A DNA stretch of 32,000 nucleotides from Wolbachia endosymbiont of Litomosoides sigmodontis (GTDB lineage Bacteria; Pseudomonadota; Alphaproteobacteria; Rickettsiales; Anaplasmataceae): NCBI RefSeq assembly GCF_013365435.1, contig NZ_CP046577.1, forward strand, positions 420,001-452,000, given 5' to 3'. The notes beneath the pieces were generated by a model that saw only the letters and a list, made by a program, of their open reading frames with translations, searched no databases and had not been told where the DNA came from. Both the position numbers and the translations under genes were made by a program. Below are positions 28,592 through 32,000 of this stretch, piece by piece (within the stretch, counting starts at the first letter, position 1; the number at the start of each line of letters is the position of its first letter).

Positions 28592-29285
28592 GATTATACC
28601 CAATTAGCACTACACAAAGTGAAGAAAGGGTACATACTGAAAAATAAACGCTGAAGAAACTGTAAAATAACGCATATATGCAAAGAAATTAAATGCTGTA
28701 ATTGCGGCAAAAAAGCACAGTATAACAGCCGTAGCAAAAATATATTGCATTTCAATAACAGCATTGACTACATAAATAAAGCATATAAAATTTAGAAGAG
28801 AAGTAAAATTGTTTACTCCCCTCAATGTTGTAGAAAAATTAGATTAAATTAAAGTCAATAATTAGGAGTATTTTTCTTTCTTAAATTATAATTTAAGTAG
28901 CAAGGATAAATTGTAGTTGGCATACATTCAAAAATTGGATACTAGTGGTTTAAAGAGGGCGTTAAAACACATGTTAAAGTAAAGTTAAGCAGGGAAAATT
29001 TTTATCTCTACAGTACAATTAACCCTAGAAATGAAGGAATTCTAGCTTATTTACACTGAATGTTAACACATGATTGTATGAATATATTTCATAATAAATG
29101 TTATAATATTTTACAACGCGATAAGCCTTTCTTATTATGGATTGTGTTAATTAACATAAATTAAAAATTTTAAATTACCTAAAGATATTGATTTGTGCAA
29201 ATTTATTGCATCTCTTTCTCATTCCGTAGTTCAACAGCTTTGCAATGTTATACCATTTGACTAATTGATAATGAGAATTTGTATT
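28592..29285 (+). pseudogene. IS630-family transposase pseudogene (about 0.7 kb, internal deletions and stops)
   Basis: A left-terminus-like attatacccaattagcac lies at 28593. 28671-28850 translates RIYAKKLNAVIAAKKHSITAVAKIYCISITALTT*IKHIKFRREVKLFTPLNVVEKLD* (HTH region). 29120-29285 carries ...SLSYYGLC... then CANLLHLFLIP*FNSFAML and the right end aatgagaatttgtatt. The ELNPIE block is deleted. The last bases overlap the iscX stop codon. Confidence 0.72.
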
Positions 29286-29478
29286 AAGATCTTTCCTCAA
29301 TCCAAGCTGCTTGAATAGCTTCAAGTATTTTTTCATTGCAATGTTTTTCATTATCACTAAATCCTTCTAGATTTAAGACTTTTTCCTTAAGCTTAGTAAA
29401 GCTAATGTTAATTATATCCTCACTTGGAAATTTTTCTTCCAAAGCTTCTGCGATATTTTCTACATCAAGCCATTTCAT
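29284..29478 (-). CDS. iscX: Fe-S cluster assembly protein IscX (YfhJ)
   Basis: The 64-aa product MKWLDVENIAEALEEKFPSEDIINISFTKLKEKVLNLEGFSDNEKHCNEKILEAIQAAWIEERS is collinear with E. coli IscX (MKWTDSREIGEAL...NEKILEAIL..W..E). AGGAGG lies 7 nt upstream of the ATG. Confidence 0.82.
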   Translation of the reverse strand: MKWLDVENIAEALEEKFPSEDIINISFTKLKEKVLNLEGFSDNEKHCNEKILEAIQAAWIEERS

Positions 29479-29521
29479 ATATACCTCCTAATAAATTTTC
29501 ATATCTTCTGATAAATTAAAT

Positions 29522-29609
29522 TGGTGCCCATGAGGAGACTTGAACTCCCAAGGTTCACAAAACCCACGGATTTTAAGTCCGCTGCGTCTGCCGATTCCGC
29601 CACACGGGC
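29522..29609 (-). tRNA. tRNA-Leu (anticodon UAA), type II with a long variable arm and encoded CCA
   Basis: The reverse complement is GCCCGTGTGGCGGAATCGGCAGACGCAGCGGACTTAAAATCCGTGGGTTTTGTGAACCTTGGGAGTTCAAGTCTCCTCATGGGCACCA. It has anticodon loop CTTAAAA, a long variable arm and T loop TTCAAGT. Its 5' end is 10 nt from the rpsD stop. Confidence 0.93.
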
Positions 29610-29619
29610 TCTTTATTAT

Positions 29620-30234
29620 TTACCTAGAGTAGAACTCTACTACTAAATTAACTTCCATATCTGCTGAATAAGGAACTTCGGAATATTGAGGCGTTCTTAA
29701 ATACTTTACTGAATACTCTTTACTGTCTGCCTCTAAGTAATCAGGAGCCTTGCGCTCTTGTTTTTGTGTGGCCTCTACTATTATAGGAATTTTTGCTGCC
29801 CTCTCTCTTATTTTTACTATATCACCAGGTTTTACTCGATAACTTGGTATATTAACAACTTTATCATTAATTGTAATATGTTTATGAGATATGAGCTGTT
29901 TCGCTGAATAAATTGTTGGCACAAGGCCGGAGTGGTATAAGACAGAACTTAACCTTGATTCTAAAATACCAATAAAGTTATCAGCTGTATAACCTTTTCT
30001 GTTATAAGCATCTAAAAAGGTACGCCTGAGCTGCTTACTTGAAATTGCATAGTAAAACTTAAACTTCTTATGCGCAGCAAATTGCTTACCAAAATCAGAT
30101 AACCTTTTGAATCCAAGTATGCCACGCTGACCTGGAGGATATTTCCTTTTATTTACTGGATCTTTTGCTCTACCCCATAAGTTTATACCAAGTCTACGAC
30201 TGATCCTATACTTTCTATTGATAATAGTTGTCAT
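29620..30234 (-). CDS. rpsD: 30S ribosomal protein S4
   Basis: The ATG at 30234 gives [26 protein letters not shown]..., the canonical S4 N-terminus. The track start at 30291 is a TTG that adds 19 non-homologous residues. The S4 RNA-binding domain ([33 protein letters not shown]) is present. Confidence 0.95.
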   Translation of the reverse strand: MTTIINRKYRISRRLGINLWGRAKDPVNKRKYPPGQRGILGFKRLSDFGKQFAAHKKFKFYYAISSKQLRRTFLDAYNRKGYTADNFIGILESRLSSVLYHSGLVPTIYSAKQLISHKHITINDKVVNIPSYRVKPGDIVKIRERAAKIPIIVEATQKQERKAPDYLEADSKEYSVKYLRTPQYSEVPYSADMEVNLVVEFYSR

Positions 30235-30353
30235 ATTAAAACTCTCACAATTTAACTCTAGGTTATTAAGGATTTTAGCATTGAGTGTCAACTTGTTTTT
30301 ACCAATATAATTTCTTATACTTCACTTTCACTTTTGAGTTTTTCTATTAACAC

Positions 30354-32000
30354 ATGAATCGCTTACCTTTAGAATCCATGGCAAATGCCGTCCGTTTTTT
30401 ATCAATTGATGCAATACAGAAAGCGAGCTCTGGGCATCCAGGTATGCCACTTGGAATGGCAGATGTTGCAGCTGTACTATTTGCTAAGTATCTTAATCAT
30501 AATCCTAACGATCCTAAATGGTATAATAGAGACCGTTTTGTTCTATCAAATGGCCATGGTTCAATGTTGCTATACTCTATATTATATTTGACGGGTTATA
30601 TTAGTATAGATGAGCTAAAAAACTTCAGGCAACTCACATACAAAACTCCAGGTCATCCAGAGTTTGGTTTGACTCCTGGAGTAGAAGCAACAACAGGCCC
30701 ATTAGGGCAGGGGTTTGCTACTGCTGTTGGCATGGCACTTGCTGAGTCGATACTTGAAAAGCAGTTTGGAATCAATCACTACACTTATGTAACACTAGGG
30801 GATGGTTGTCTCATGGAAGGAATAAGCCATGAAGCAGCATCACTTGCTGGACATCTTAAATTGAATAAGTTGATAGCCCTTTTTGACGATAATGATATTT
30901 CTATAGATGGTGCTACTCACCTTTCTTGCTCTGATGATGCTGAAAAGCGTTTTTTAGCATATAAATGGAATGTTAACAAAATTGATGGCCATGACTTTAA
31001 CTCTATATCTCTTGCAATAGAACAAGCGCAAAAGTCTGACAAACCTACATTGATCTGCTGCAAAACCATCATTGGAAAATTCTCAAGTCGTGCCGGTGCG
31101 CCTTCTGCTCATAGTGGTGCTTTTACGGAGGAAGATATAAAACAGATGAGAGAGAAATTAAACTGGAATTACGAGCCATTTTATGTACCAAAAGACGTGA
31201 AAAATGCTTGGATGGAAACGGTTGAGAGAGCAAAACTAAATTATAATTTAGTTTCATTTCAGTGGTGTCAAGCACTGAAATCTAATAAAAATAAAGAGCT
31301 TCAAAGAAGGCTGGATAAACGCTTACCAGATAATATCAATGATGATTTAGCTAACTTAAAGAAACAAATACATAAAACAATGCCAAATGAATCTACAAGA
31401 TCTTCTTTTGGCAAGATAATGGAACTTTTAACTAAGTCTATGCCAGAATTAATTGGAGGATCTGCTGATCTTACTGGATCAAATTGCACTAAATATAAGC
31501 ATATGAAGGTAATAGATAGTAATAACTATAGTGGCTCTTACCTCCATTATGGAGTGAGAGAACATGCTATGGCTGCTTGTATGAATGGGATGGCTCTTCA
31601 TGGTGGAATTCTTCCTTATGGCGGCACTTTTTTGGTATTTTCTGATTATTGCCGACCTGCTATACGTCTTTCAGCTTTAATGAAACAACAGGTTATATAT
31701 GTAATGACTCATGATTCAATTGGAGTAGGAGAAGACGGTCCAACTCACCAGCCGATAGAGCATTTAATTTCTTTGCGTGCTGTGCCAAACTTGTATATTT
31801 TTAGGCCGACTGATGCAATTGAAACTCTAGAGTGTATTAGCATTGCATTAGAAAAAAAAGAGTCACCTACACTATTTGCGCTTTCAAGGCAAAACTTGGG
31901 CTACATGCGCAAATTCCACTCTGATGTGGATCAATCTACTAACTTGTCAAAGTTTGGTGCATACATTTTGTGTGAATGCTTAGAAAAGTTAGAAGTGACA
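30354..32000 (+). CDS. tkt: Transketolase, 3'-truncated by the window edge
   Basis: Not in the ORF track because it has no stop in the window. Hand translation from ATG 30354 gives MNRLPLESMANAVRFLSIDAIQKASSGHPGMPLGMADVAAVLF...RDRFVLSNGHGSMLLYS...GPLGQGFATAVGMA...TLGDGCLMEGISHEA. I translated 30354-30609 and 31260-32000 codon by codon and found no stop; 30610-31259 was only read by eye, and its recognised motifs are in frame. The downstream part reads ...GGSADLTGSN...HYGVREHAMAA...DSIGVGEDGPTHQP. The ATG at 30375 is an alternative start. Confidence 0.93.
   Translation, partial: MNRLPLESMANAVRFLSIDAIQKASSGHPGMPLGMADVAAVLFAKYLNHNPNDPKWYNRDRFVLSNGHGSMLLYSILYLTGYISIDELKNFRQLTYKTPGHPEFGLTPGVEATTGPLGQGFATAVGMALAESILEKQFGINHYTYVTLGDGCLMEGISHEAASLAGHLKLNKLIALFDDNDISIDGATHLSCSDDAEKRFLAYKWNVNKIDGHDFNSISLAIEQAQKSDKPTLICCKTIIGKFSSRAGAPSAHSGAFTEEDIKQMREKLNWNYEPFYVPKDVKNAWMETVERAKLNYNLVSFQWCQALKSNKNKELQRRLDKRLPDNINDDLANLKKQIHKTMPNESTRSSFGKIMELLTKSMPELIGGSADLTGSNCTKYKHMKVIDSNNYSGSYLHYGVREHAMAACMNGMALHGGILPYGGTFLVFSDYCRPAIRLSALMKQQVIYVMTHDSIGVGEDGPTHQPIEHLISLRAVPNLYIFRPTDAIETLECISIALEKKESPTLFALSRQNLGYMRKFHSDVDQSTNLSKFGAYILCECLEKLEVT

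Noticed and set aside
14605-29290. Recurring similar segments considered as a possible CRISPR array or other regularly spaced repeat system.
   Set aside because: The repeats are hundreds of bp long, diverged and in mixed orientation, with irregular spacing of kilobases. They translate to transposase fragments. There are no short direct repeats with unique spacers and no cas genes.
29175-29357. 60-aa minus-strand ORF overlapping the 3' end of iscX and the IS relic.
   Set aside because: It is out of frame with iscX, which has a strong SD and clear homology. It is lysine-rich AT-driven sequence spanning the relic junction.
30235-30291. N-terminal extension of rpsD in the ORF track ([19 protein letters not shown]...). 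Similar TTG/GTG-initiated extensions occur for yebC (10604), pgsA (13158) and rpsB (28185).
   Set aside because: The track starts are TTG codons. In each case an in-frame ATG a few codons downstream reproduces the canonical family N-terminus, and for rpsB it is preceded by a GGAGG SD.
30385-30591. 68-aa plus-strand ORF (MPSVFYQLMQ...), and the minus-strand ORF at 31301..31489.
   Set aside because: One is out of frame and the other antisense within the transketolase reading frame, which is open from 30354 to the window end and carries unambiguous Tkt motifs.

Overview
AT-rich, gene-dense chromosomal segment. Gene content and protein sequences look like a Rickettsiales/Anaplasmataceae endosymbiont, most likely Wolbachia; this taxon call is inference, since no search was possible. 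I support 26 protein-coding genes, nearly all housekeeping. They are lepA (5' partial), pdhB, pyrF, carB, an SPFH protein, an M23 peptidase, yebC, bamD, pgsA, a short malic enzyme, a UbiH-type hydroxylase, mrp/apbC and typA. They continue with an exported class-I amidotransferase/C26-like protein, coaD, a zf-CHCC protein, the conserved rpsB-tsf-pyrH-frr-uppS-cdsA string, iscX, rpsD and tkt (3' partial). There are three tRNAs (Phe-GAA, Asp-GUC, Leu-UAA). Several ORF-track starts are TTG/GTG extensions, and I moved them to canonical ATG starts (yebC, pgsA, rpsB, rpsD). The tkt ORF is missing from the track because it runs off the window. The non-housekeeping signal is a population of at least eight decayed IS630/Tc1-mariner-type elements and solo termini. 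They fill almost every large intergenic gap, and none has an intact transposase. The densest cluster is a 2.1-kb coding-free island at 14.6-16.8 kb, which includes an unidentified duplicated segment between two convergent relics. A separate 1.2-kb ORF-free stretch (11.4-12.6 kb) looks like an unidentified decayed gene. I found no CRISPR array, prophage, defence island or toxin-antitoxin module, and no convincing novel multi-gene system. The best leads are the exported C26-like protein, the IS-relic island with its cargo, the 1.2-kb decayed region, and the translationally coupled yebC-M23-SPFH unit.
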